Shown: positions 39,440 through 50,654 of the stretch, piece after piece
Layout: each line of letters starts with the position of its first letter
Numbering within the stretch: position 1 is the first letter of the stretch
Assembly: GCF_001194135.2 (NCBI RefSeq)
Contig: NC_068986.1
Coordinates: 68,709,950 to 68,773,949 of the forward strand
Length of the DNA stretch: 64,000 bases
DNA from: Octopus bimaculoides
Lineage: Eukaryota
Reading direction: 5' to 3'
Translations under genes and position numbers: made by a program
The notes under the pieces: generated by a model
What the model was told of the DNA's origin: nothing
What the model saw: only the letters and a program-made list of their open reading frames with translations
Database searches by the model: none

Positions 39440-39741
39440 TACATTATTTACATTTGATGGATATTTGTCCTCATCTTGTTTATTGTTAACACGTTTCAGC
39501 TGATATACCGTCCAGCCTTCATCAGGTGTCTTGGGGAAATTTTGAACCTAGGTTCTCATTCCTAAGGCATTTTTTTCTATGTTATTATTATTATTATTTA
39601 ACACCAAAAAATACTTTAGGAATGAGAACCCAGGTTCAAAATTTCCCCAAGACACCTGATGAAGGCTGGAGGGTATATCAGCCGAAACATGTTAACAGTA
39701 AACAAGATGAGGACAAATATCCGTCAAATGTAAATAATGTA
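39440..39741. repeat. Palindrome (about 135-bp arms) with a hammerhead-ribozyme-like core in each arm
   Basis: 39440-39575 is the reverse complement of about 39606-39741. The + arm has CTGATGA 39656-39662, stem II GGCTG/CAGCC and GAAAC 39684-39688. The mirror core is at 39525-39493 on the minus strand. Confidence 0.8.
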
Positions 39742-40559
39742 CATAATTCCTCATCTCTTAAATATAGAACTGTATCAAATAGTGGTTTGTTATAACATAT
39801 CCGACAACTTTTGCTTAATGACTATATTTACTTCACTGTCTGCTTTTTATCATCACATCTCTATGACATTCCAAGGATCTGTGTTACATCTAATTAATTC
39901 CTTAACCTAAAGAGAATCCATTTCAGTTCTTGTCATACTGTCTAATTTATTAATTCTGCCTTTATTTTTTGAGTACTTTTTTGTTTCAATCTTGGATATC
40001 CTAAGATATTTTGTATCCACATAAGATTTTAAAAGACACCTTTTAAATCAGCCACATTTCATTCCTATGTTTTACAATTATAATTTTCCTTTCTGCATGA
40101 CACTGAAACTGCACATAATTACGAGGATAGCTAGGTTTGTGCTTTTGCATTAATTACTTTGTTTTAGACATATCCCTAGTATAAATCTAATTTTGTTTAT
40201 AATATTCTATGTAATTTGCCCTTCATTCGACAAAGGTGAGTGTGACTTACATCCTGTATTCTCAAATATTTTACATATTTGTATGTGTGTGAGTGTGTGT
40301 AAATTGTTTTAATGTCCACTTTTCCATCTTTGCATGGGTCAAACGGAATTTGTTACCCTGCACATATAAGCAAAAGCAGGGTATTGTAATCACTCATTTT
40401 TGTTTGTTTGTCTGTGTGTTTGCAAAATTACTAGAGAATAACTGAATGAATTTTCACCAAATTTAGCAGAAATACTTATTGGGTGAGTGGCTCGAAATGA
40501 TGAAAATTTCGTTTTATGTATGTATCTTCAAACATACATAGATAGATATGTGACTCTGA

Positions 40560-41300
40560 ATGTGCACATGTACAGTGATGGATTCGAGGGTTTATTAATT
40601 TATTAATGAGTTGATTTCTTAATTTCACTGGAGTATAAATACCTATAATGATGAAACACTTCTCAAATTCTATACAATGTTTTCCTATAAGTATTTCATT
40701 TTGTTCACTTTCTTTTTCATATGAATCGATCCTCATCTGCATGCGTATAGATTATGGTGTACCTATGCACATAGACGTGTGGGTGCATACATACATACAT
40801 AGGTATGCAACTGTGTGCATGTGTGTGTATAGTGATGGATTTGAGGATTTCGTTTATTTACGACTTGGTTTCTTAATTTCACCAGAGTATAAATACATAT
40901 AATGGTGATACTTAAAAAAAAATTTTTTTCAATCAAACTTACAAATTTCCCAATAAGTAAGTGGTTATATCATTTATATCCTACAATGGACTACAGTACA
41001 TTTGATTCACCTGCCATCATTTAAAAATGTCGAAAACACTTAAACTCTATGCAATATTTTCTAAAGTATTTCATTTTCACTTTCTTTTTCATATGAATCA
41101 ACCTTCGTCTGCGTGTATATAGATCATGGTGTACCTATGTGTGTAAACACATGTTGATACATATATACATAAATACATACATAGATATGCAACTCTGTGT
41201 GTGTGCATGCGTGAGTGTACAGTGATGGATTTGAGGGTTTAGTTTATTTACAAGTGGATTTCTTAATTTCACAGACTATAAATACCTTTAACAGCGATAC
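40560..41300 (+). repeat. Diverged direct repeats of an about 270-bp unit
   Basis: CAGTGATGGATT.GAGG..TTTCTTAATTTCAC..GTATAAATAC recurs at about 40570, 40830 and 41220. CACTTTCTTTTTCATATGAATC..GGTGTACCTATG recurs at about 40705 and 41078. Confidence 0.75.
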
Positions 41301-42036
41301 TTATTTATCTGTGCAGAGGGTATGCATCACCCTTCTGATGCCTTTTCTTCATTGATTTTCTCTAGATGCCAACCCTCACTTGTTTCCAAATAAGGTAATA
41401 TTTTGCCATGGTTTGCATGGAAGATTGGAAATGAATGACACAGCTTGTATAACAGTGACGCTTGATGTCAAGATAAAGAGACAATTTCACACACACACAA
41501 TAGGCTTCTTTCAGTTTTCATGTGTCAAATACACTCACAAGACTTAGGTCAGTCCAAGGCTATAATAGAAGCCATTTGTCCAAGATGCCACACTAGTGGG
41601 ACTGAACATTTTACCACACAGCCACACCTATATGGGGCTGGGTGTATATGGACATAAGTATGTTCTTATTTCAACTATGAAACATTTGCATTCATTTTTT
41701 TTTTTTCCAGTTTTTGAGGACAGTCTTGGCACACCTAAGTCACATTTTCATATAAATATTTTTATTGAGTTCTTGTGTTGCTTTCATTAGTCCCTAATTA
41801 GCTGTCATTTCTAGCATATAGTTTACGTCATAGACATACATAAACAAGAGGTGACTTATTTACTCTTTACAGAAACTATATCTGTAGTCAATCTAGCTTC
41901 TTAAGAAATTTATTAAAAGTGTCGGAGCTAGGCTTACAGTATCAACAAAAATAGAGATAATGAATCATCTAATTCATATAGACTCCTGAGTGTAAGATTT
42001 GATCAAAGCTTTCATAAATGAATAGTTTATCCAATA

Positions 42037-42685
42037 CGAAGGGTGTATGAAAAGTTTTGAGCCTAACCTAGGAACGGGGCTGATATATAGCTGAAATCAT
42101 TTTTTCTGGTAAGTACAGTCTTTTCGGAGTATTCTTGCTCATTTTCAAGATTCTGATATTTTATTCTTTTGTTGCAGATTTTTGAATAAACAAGTGTCGA
42201 GGTTACAAAGAAAATGGAGAAAATTGAGTATCGTGCTGTCATAAAGTACCTCCATTTGAAAGGCATGACTCCAACAGAAATCCATGAAAATATGGTGAGA
42301 ACCTTAACAGACAATGCTCCTTCATATGCAACAGTCAAACGCTGGGTAAATGAATTCCAGCATGGCAGGGAAAGTGTGGAAGATGATCCCACACCAGGGA
42401 GACCTCCAACTGCAACCATAAGGACAGCCTTGACCTTGCTCTTGGCAAGATCGCCGAATATCATGTCGTCAGATAGCCGAGAGACTGGGCATCTTAACTG
42501 AAAGAGTAGACAACATTGTGTTGAGTCTCAAACAAAAGAGTTCCTCTACGCCGGGATAATGGCGCTTCAGCACTGCTGGAGAAATTGTTCAGCCATTGAG
42601 GGGGACTATGTTGAAAAATAAATCATCAGAAGTCTTGTATTATGTTTTGTTTTTTTGAGGCTCAAGATTTTTCATACACTCCTCG
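42037..42685 (+). mobile_element. Internally deleted mariner (Hsmar2/irritans-like)
   Basis: TIRs CGA(A/G)G(G/A)GTGTATGAAAA with TA TSDs at 42035-42036 and 42686-42687. ORF 42214-42501 gives MEKIEYRAVIKYLHLKGMTPTEIH..GRPPTAT, and the C-terminal ..EGDYVEK* is present. The catalytic core is missing. Confidence 0.9.
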
Positions 42686-43564
42686 TACATACTTAGCTTT
42701 TGAGAGTTTTCCTACTCCTCTAACAATGTACTGTTAATTATTAATTTTCATTTGCTGACCTTTCCAACAGCTCTTCACTTGCTTGAATTGTTTTATCTAA
42801 AGTGTAGAAGAATCTGTAAAAAGCTACAGCTGTCACAGTTCCTCAAGTTTTCTAACAATTATGACATTGTATCCATTCACCAGAAGTCCAGGTATTTTGT
42901 AACTGTCAACTCTCCACTCAGTTTATTAACAACACACCAGTAACAACCAAAAATATCAAAAGTTAAACTTTGAAATCCACTCTGAAGAGCTACTCCTAGG
43001 TAGGCATACATGCACACACACATTTTATTAAATAGAAATCACGGTAGAAATAAGGAAATTAACCAATTTATATTTTCATTTCAATAAGCAATTTTTAAAT
43101 AAATTTATCAGCTTTTTTTGTTCTCCATCTCCTCTTCACTCAATATTTTAAGTATTCAGAATCGATAAAATTTAATCTTTTATCAGAGAAATAAATGTTA
43201 ACCAAAGGGCAGAATTTTAGAACTTATAGTATCACTGGAGAAAAGCTTTTCCATATAAAGTAGTAGTTCTTAACTTCGGTGGTTACACCCTCTTAGAAGC
43301 ATTGTGAACTTTCAAAGGGGTAGTAGATATCAAGTGAGTGCTGTGATAGGTAGGATGGGGCAGCGCAGGTTTAAAAATGTGGTGGTTTTCTTGGAAATAA
43401 AATGTTTAAACCATGCATGATATGTACAGTTTAAACACTTAAAAAAACTAAAAAAAACATTGCCAGGTTTAAAATATGAACATGACACTGTGTTATCAGT
43501 GAACTAAAACATAACTATTGATGCACCAAGGCCCAAAAACAGTTCATGAAACAAATCCTTGTCT

Positions 43565-43770
43565 TTTATCTTTTACTTGGCTTAGTCATTAGACTGTGAC
43601 CATGCTGGGGCACCGCCTTGAAGAGTTTTTAGTCAAATGAATCAACCCCAGTATTTTTTTTTTTTAAAGCCTGGTACTTATTCTATCAGTCTCTTTTGCC
43701 GAACTGTTAAGTTACAGGGACATAAACAAACCAACACCGGGTGTCGAGTGGTGGGGACAAACACACACAT
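43565..43770 (-). mobile_element. SINE family A tail (matching head probably at 45515-45675)
   Basis: Tail homology. A minus-strand head lies beyond the pLTR-like insert and the N gap. Confidence 0.7.
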
Positions 43771-43775
43771 ACACA

Positions 43776-43822
<47 letters not shown>

Positions 43823-43929
43823 CTATTTAATGCTATAGTGCCTGCAGTCCACCTATGTCACTGCTGGTGATATCATCAATTTTTAAATTTATCCATAGGT
43901 GATATGAACAGTAGTGACATCTAATTTCA

Positions 43930-44524
43930 AATCTCAGTGTTTGAATGTTTTGCTTCTCCCCCTCTCATTCTTCCCTCTACTGTCCTTCGCCTCTCCCTGT
44001 CACTACTATCTCTCTCTCTCTCTCTCTCTCTATCTCTCGCTGCTCGTCCTTCGCCTCTCACTGCTACTACTACTACTACTACTACTACTACCTCTCGTTG
44101 CTCATTTTCGTTCTTGGACTCCTCAAGCTCACATGTACTTCTTTGCTCCTCCAGTTCGTGTCTTACAGCGTTCAATACATACACACTTCACGTCTGGCTG
44201 TACAGCCTTTTTGTTTGTTTATTTCACCGTTTCGTTTTCCTGTCTTGTTTTCCGTCCGCCACTACCCTCCACGAAAACAATTTAATTTGTGTTCGTGGGA
44301 AGAGCCATTTTAACGATGCGTACTGCCTTAATTCTTCGAAACGCCGGGGTTTTAATGGTGGCAGCTGATGAAGGAGATGTTTCTATGTGGCCTGCTTGTT
44401 TGTTGCACCTTGTTTACCATTTTGTCCATGTTCTTTTGCCACGTCATGTACCCAGTTATGTATCTATATGTACATGTGGATGAAGGTATATACATACATG
44501 TACATATATATGCATATACTCATA
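43930..44524 (+). repeat. pLTR-like repeat, second subfamily
   Basis: TC-rich/(CTA)n start, TTCGAAACGC..CAGCTGATGAAGG, end GTCATGTACCCAGTTATG running into TA-rich sequence. Organisation parallels 24826-25420. Confidence 0.5.
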
Positions 44525-46145
44525 NNNNNNNNNNNNNNNNNNNNNNNNNNNNNNNNNNNNNNNNNNNNNNNNNNNNNNNNNNNNNNNNNNNNNNNNNNNN
44601 NNNNNNNNNNNNNNNNNNNNNNNNNNNNNNNNNNNNNNNNNNNNNNNNNNNNNNNNNNNNNNNNNNNNNNNNNNNNNNNNNNNNNNNNNNNNNNNNNNNN
44701 NNNNNNNNNNNNNNNNNNNNNNNNNNNNNNNNNNNNNNNNNNNNNNNNNNNNNNNNNNNNNNNNNNNNNNNNNNNNNNNNNNNNNNNNNNNNNNNNNNNN
44801 NNNNNNNNNNNNNNNNNNNNNNNNNNNNNNNNNNNNNNNNNNNNNNNNNNNNNNNNNNNNNNNNNNNNNNNNNNNNNNNNNNNNNNNNNNNNNNNNNNNN
44901 NNNNNNNNNNNNNNNNNNNNNNNNNNNNNNNNNNNNNNNNNNNNNNNNNNNNNNNNNNNNNNNNNNNNNNNNNNNNNNNNNNNNNNNNNNNNNNNNNNNN
45001 NNNNNNNNNNNNNNNNNNNNNNNNNNNNNNNNNNNNNNNNNNNNNNNNNNNNNNNNNNNNNNNNNNNNNNNNNNNNNNNNNNNNNNNNNNNNNNNNNNNN
45101 NNNNNNNNNNNNNNNNNNNNNNNNNNNNNNNNNNNNNNNNNNNNNNNNNNNNNNNNNNNNNNNNNNNNNNNNNNNNNNNNNNNNNNNNNNNNNNNNNNNN
45201 NNNNNNNNNCAAAACACACCTCAATTCTATGCATCCTAATCTTTCTAACAATTATCCACATGGATTACCATTGAACTTTAAAAGCTCAAAGACAATATAA
45301 TGTATTGGTATATTTATTTTTTTTTATATTATTTTTTATTTTTTTGTAAAAAACATTTTCATTCTCCCTCTTCTTGAAAATTTGCCATGCAATGAAAGCC
45401 GGTTAGAAATCCTTTTTAATCCTCCTTATACATATCTATATTAAAATATGCTTTCAGTTTAGCATTCTGCTTTATTATTATTTTTTATTTTCATATATAT
45501 ATATATATATATATATCCGACATGCTTTTTTCGGTTTCTGTCAACCAAATCCACTGACAAGGATTTGGTTTGACAGAGGCTATAGTAGATACTTGCCCAA
45601 GGTGCCACACAGTGAGACTGAACCCCAAACCATGTGGTTGAGAAGCAAGCTCTTTACTTTGCAGCTACACATGCACTTTGTTTAATAATTTCAATAGAAA
45701 TTTAGCAGACTGGAAATACTTCATGCAAATATCTAAAAAGATGTGTGCTGGGAGGCATAGTAAAAATCATCAACATTTTTAACATCCACTTTTCTATGCT
45801 TGCTTGGGTCAGATGGAATTTGCAGGGGTATTTTCTGTGGTTGAATGCATCTTCCCATCACCAAACTTCACTTGTTTCCAAGCAAGGTAATATTTCCCAC
45901 AACCCAGACAAGATTTTCCATGGAAAAATGGAAATGAACAACATTCCTTGAATGATGGTGATGTATTTTTACAAGCATTACATGATGTCAGAACAAAAAT
46001 ACACACACAGAGTTTCTGTCTGCCAGCATATATATTCTTTCCTTTTACTTGTTTCAGTCATTTGACTGCAGCCATGCTGGAGCACCGCCTTTAGTCGAGC
46101 AAATCGACCCCAGGACTTATTCTTTGGAAGCCTAGTACTTATTCT

Positions 46146-47355
46146 ACAATTCTTCATCGAGTGGGTCAATTTTGTGTTCGGACCAGCAGTGAAAAAGTAC
46201 CTTCTAGAGAACGAACTTCTTCAAGATCCTCCTCATCCTCAACAATGCTTCTGCTCACCCTCCTAAACTCGAAGATGATATATTGGATGAATATAAATTC
46301 ATAAAAGTTCTGTACCTTTCATGCAACACCACCCCTATCCTGCAGTCTGTGGAGCAACAGGTGATTTTTAATTTTAAGAATTTGTACACCAAACACCTGT
46401 TTCGTCGGTGCTTTGAAGTCACCAAAAATACAAATCTAACCCTTTGTGAGTTTTGGAAGGAGCACTACAACATTATTAACTGCCTGAAAATCATCAATAT
46501 GACCTGGCAGAGTGTAACAAGGAAAATGCTGAATTCTGCATGGAGGAAACTATGGCTTGACAGCGTACCCAGAAAAAACTCCACAGGGTTTGAGTCTGAG
46601 ACACCTGTAGTTGCAAAGATAGTATCTCTTGGTAAGTCCATGGGCCTCGAGGTTGATGATGGGGACATTAATGATCTTGTTGAAGTACACTCTGAGGAGC
46701 TGATGACAGATGAGCTCCTGCAGCTTCAGGAGCAGCAACATTTGGATGCAGTGAAAGAGATTGGTTTTCTAGAGGAGGATAGTGTAGCAGAGAAGGTTAT
46801 CTCTATAAGTGACGTAAAGGCAGTGTTAGCAAAGTGGCAGTATGTTTCTGAATTTATAGAAAAATATCACCCTGAAAAAGTATCTACAGGTTGTGCAGCT
46901 GTTTTATTTAATGACACTGCTCTAGCACATTTTTGTAACATTTTGAAAGGCAGGAAAAAGCAGACTTCTCTCGATATGTTTGTAATGAAACGACCTGCAA
47001 GTGTGAAAAATGAAGTGTCCAAAAAAACTAAATTAAGCAAAGTGAGAGAGAAAACACCAGAAATTGTTCTTCCTGAAGTCTTAATGGAAGGATTTTCTCC
47101 TTTCAAATAATAACACTCCTCCCCATTCCTTCATCTTCTTCATGCACAAATCATCCCACCTTTAAGGTTAATGAAACCAGTTTACATATTTCCCTTGCAT
47201 TTTCTTTTATGTTTTTATAATTGTCATTTTCCTTGTAACTGCACCTTTTCTGTTTTAAAACCCATAAAAAATTATTGNNNNNNNNNNAAAATGAGTAAAT
47301 CGTAAAATGAGCTCGGTCATGGAACAAATTAAACTCGTACTGTGAAGTATCATTG
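46146..47355 (+). mobile_element. Tigger/pogo transposon relic (3' half plus right end)
   Basis: FFIEWVNFVFGPAVKKYL, a frameshift, LLILNNASAHPP, then ORF 46283-47110 (NTTPILQSVEQQVI..FK..Y, NSAWRKLW, LKGRKKQTSLD), TIGD1/Tigger1-like. Both later catalytic Asp positions are altered (N, E). Right end GAAGTATCATTG|TA. Confidence 0.88.
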
Positions 47356-47365
47356 TATATATATA

Positions 47366-47530
47366 CAGGGTGTCCACAAAGTCTGGGTACATGAGGATTA
47401 ACACATACTTTAAGAAACTATTATTTATTATATTTAATTCTTTATGTTATGATTTTATTTACTCCATGTATCCACATGGGGATTAACACGTACTTTAAGA
47501 AATTATCATTTCTTATATTTAATTGTCTAA
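47366..47530 (+). mobile_element. Tc1-like MITE fragment with internal duplication
   Basis: TA|CAGGGTGTCCACAAAGTCTGGGTACATG. GGATTAACAC.TACTTTAAGAAA occurs twice. Confidence 0.45.
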
Positions 47531-47599
47531 TTAGCTCACTTCCACTTATTTACAGCAGTGCTTGGAAGGAACGTGTGTAGCGTGTGATCATCACACTGA

Positions 47600-48288
47600 C
47601 CATGACACAGAAAGCTGTCATGGCAATACTTCCTCAGGGGTCTATGCAAGGTAGCAGAAAGTGTATGGAGAGAAATGTATGAGCCACACACAAGTGTATG
47701 AGTGGTTCAGACGTTTCCAAGATAGCGAAAAAAATGTCGACAGTGACGAACGTTCTGAGAGACCTGCAACCAGCAGAACTGAGAAAAACATCGCAGATGT
47801 GCATGCAGCTGTGAGGGGAAATTGTTGAATCACCATCTGTGAGTTATCAGAGGATGTGCAGATTAGTTACAGTTCAGTTCAGTCCATTAGCACTGAAGAT
47901 ATGGGTATGGTACGCATGTCTACCAACTTTGTGCCAAAACTGCTTTCAGCTGTCCAAAAAGACACTCAGGTTTCAGCTGCACAAGATCTTGATTGTGTTG
48001 AGAATGACCAAAACTTTTTGCAGGCCTCTGAGCAGGTATTGCCAAGCTTTTGGCAAAATTTGATGCAGATTCTCTACTCAACTTTCTCTGTCATGGTCAA
48101 TGCGACAATCACACACTACACATGTTCCTTCCAAGTACTGCTGAAAACAGCAGAAGTGAACTAGAATGTAAAAACTTAGTGTGTATGCACGGCAGCATTC
48201 AATGTCAATCTGTGCCAAGTGCCTTCACTCTGCATGCTTTAGCTTCGTTACTATAGCAACAACCCGGATATTAATTGATCAGACCACT

Positions 48289-48292
<4 letters not shown>
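47600..48292 (+). mobile_element. Third mariner-like relic (HTH region plus right end)
   Basis: KVYGEKCMSHTQVYEWFRRF..DERSERPATSRT..TICELSEDVQISYSSVQSI..FVPKLL, and a terminus CCGGATATTAATTGATCAGACCAC. Confidence 0.75.
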
Positions 48293-48325
<33 letters not shown>

Positions 48326-48373
48326 TCATCTTCATCATCGTTTAACGTCCGCTTTCCATGCTAGCATGGGTTA

Positions 48374-48835
48374 GGGCATTATTACAGAAAAATAATAACG
48401 CCACACAGTGGACTTCTCAAAATAACCACATTTAGTACCTAATGCGAGGAAAAAACAACCAACAGAAGATGACCAACTTTCTTTTAAAATAAACTTAATT
48501 GTGTATCGACCGATTTCCCGATTACTAGAATGAATCTAGATTACGTTCATCAGCACAATATTGTTCCAAAAATATATATAAATAAACAGAATTCTCACCT
48601 CACCAAAACCGAACAACTACGTATCCGACAGAATAAAGGGAATGAAGTTTATCTGTATATATCTTCATCAAAGAAGCGGGAAATACTTCCGGGTTGTTTC
48701 TGGGTACCCATGTGGAGACAGGAATAAAAATTCAACATTGAATGTATTCCGTGTATATATTTGATAAATAGTACTAAATGTGGTTATTTTGAGAAGTCCA
48801 CTGTGTGGCGTTATTATTTTTCTGTAATAATGCCC
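48374..48835. mobile_element. MITE with about 65-bp TIRs, PIF/Harbinger-like ends
   Basis: GGGCATTATTACAGAAAAATAATAACGCCACACAGTGGACTTCTCAAAATAACCACATTTAGTAC and its reverse complement. Flanks TTA and TTT form an imperfect 3-bp TSD. Confidence 0.8.
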
Positions 48836-49287
48836 TTTATATAAATATAAATGAATAATTATATTCTTGGGAATAGACATTTCCCTTATGAATTTTTTAC
48901 ACACTGGCTTCTTGATAAAATTCTTGTAAAAGAGTTTTATCCTTTTTTGAATTTATATATATACACATATATATATACACACATGCGTATATTTGTGTTG
49001 TGTGTCTTTGTGTTTGTCCCATTATCACTTGCCAGCTCATATTAGTTTATCTAAGTCCCCATAACTTAGTGGTTCAGTAAATGGAATCGAGAGAATAAGT
49101 ACCAGGATTAAAAAATAAGTACAGGGTTCAATTTGCTCAACTAAACCCTTCAAGGTGGTGCTCCAGTATGACAGCAGTCCATTGACTGAAACAAAAGAGA
49201 TATTCAATCAGTGAAAACAGAAGGTCTTAGCTAAAGACATTTCTTTCTTTCTCTCTCTCTATCTATCTATCTGTGTGTGTGTGTATA

Positions 49288-50602
49288 GGGATGGTTGGGG
49301 CAAAATGAGTTGATTTTACTGCATTTTTGAGTTTGAGACAAAATATATTTTTTACAAATGTTCACCACCTTACAAAAAGTGTATCAGCTAAGGAAGTGGC
49401 CTTTTCTAAATGCATTATGACATAATCTGATCACTATTTCAGAAAATTATCACAGTTCTATTTCAGCATATAAAAGACAAATTTGACTGGGGCAAAATGA
49501 GTAAACCATGATAGGTAAATTAGCCTTTTCAAATCTCCATCAATATCCATCCCTAGACATCAGAAAGGTCAGAAATGAAAAAAAAAATTAAATATCTAGA
49601 ACTATTCCACTAGGCATGGTCTGTAACTTCAGTTGTAGGCACAGAAGTGGCTGTGTGGTAAGAAGCTTGCTTCCCAACCACATGGTTCCGAGTTCAGTCC
49701 TACTGTATGGGCAAATGTCTTCTACTATAGCCTTGGGCTGACCAAAGCCTTCTGAGTGGATTTGGTAGACAGAAACTGAAAGTAGCCCATTGTATATATA
49801 TCTGTATGTATGTATGTATGTTTTGTGTGTCTATGTTTGTCCCCTACTACCACCATCGCTTGACAACCGATGTTGGTGTGTTTGCGTCCCCGTAACTTAG
49901 AGGTTCGGCAAAAGAGACCGATAGAATAAGTACTAAGCTTACAAAGAATAAGTCCTGGGGGGTCGATTTGTTCGACTAAAGGCGGTGCTCCAGCATGGCT
50001 GAATTCAAATGACTGAGACAAGTAAAAGAATAAAAGATCAAATGAAAAAGGTTCGTGGGAAAATGGCACAAGATATGAAATTAACGAAATTCGACTAATT
50101 AAAAAAAAACTCAACATAAAATATTATGAATAGCTTCTTCGCGATCTGCTAGGGTGTTCTCTTAGTGATATATTTACTCACCATGCAGGTAAAGAGAAGA
50201 AATTATTGAAATTAAGCATTACTCATTTTACCCCCACCGTAGACATCATGCTTTGAAACTTGAAAATTATCAAACTAGACATTACTGTGGGAAAAGATTG
50301 ACTTGAAATCCAACAGATAAAAGAATATTAGTTGTTAAACACCAAAAACTATCCGGATATTCTATTAGCAACTTCAATTACAATCGGGTCAAAGTTGAGG
50401 AAAAATTTCTTGAAAAAACGATGACCTGCCACCTGACTATGTTTCGGACTTTCTCAACTTCAAAAACAACTATGCTGACCCATTTTTATTCGTGAAGATA
50501 ATGCAACAGTACAAAATAATGATGCAGTACTTGCAATGTAATAATTTCAAACATGCAAGGAAAAAACGAGAAATCAGAAGTTACTCATTTTGCCCCGGTT
50601 AC
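49288..50602. mobile_element. Non-autonomous TA-flanked DNA element (pogo/Fot1-like ends) with a nested SINE
   Basis: GGGGCAAAATGAGT at 49297 and 49489 on +, reverse copies at 50221-50235 and 50581-50596, TA flanks. Confidence 0.5.
49636..50036 (+). mobile_element. SINE family A, near-consensus copy
   Basis: Complete head, microsatellite and tail with many CpGs retained. Confidence 0.88.
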
Positions 50603-50612
50603 TAATCCCACC

Positions 50613-50654
<42 letters not shown>

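Noticed and set aside
42760-42813. 54-nt exon candidate (FFYTLDKTIQASEELLE)
   Set aside because: The donor GTCAGC is weak, the peptide is unrecognised and the phase does not match exon 1.
43262-43417. Possible hAT MITE
   Set aside because: The termini are too degraded and there is no convincing 8-bp TSD.
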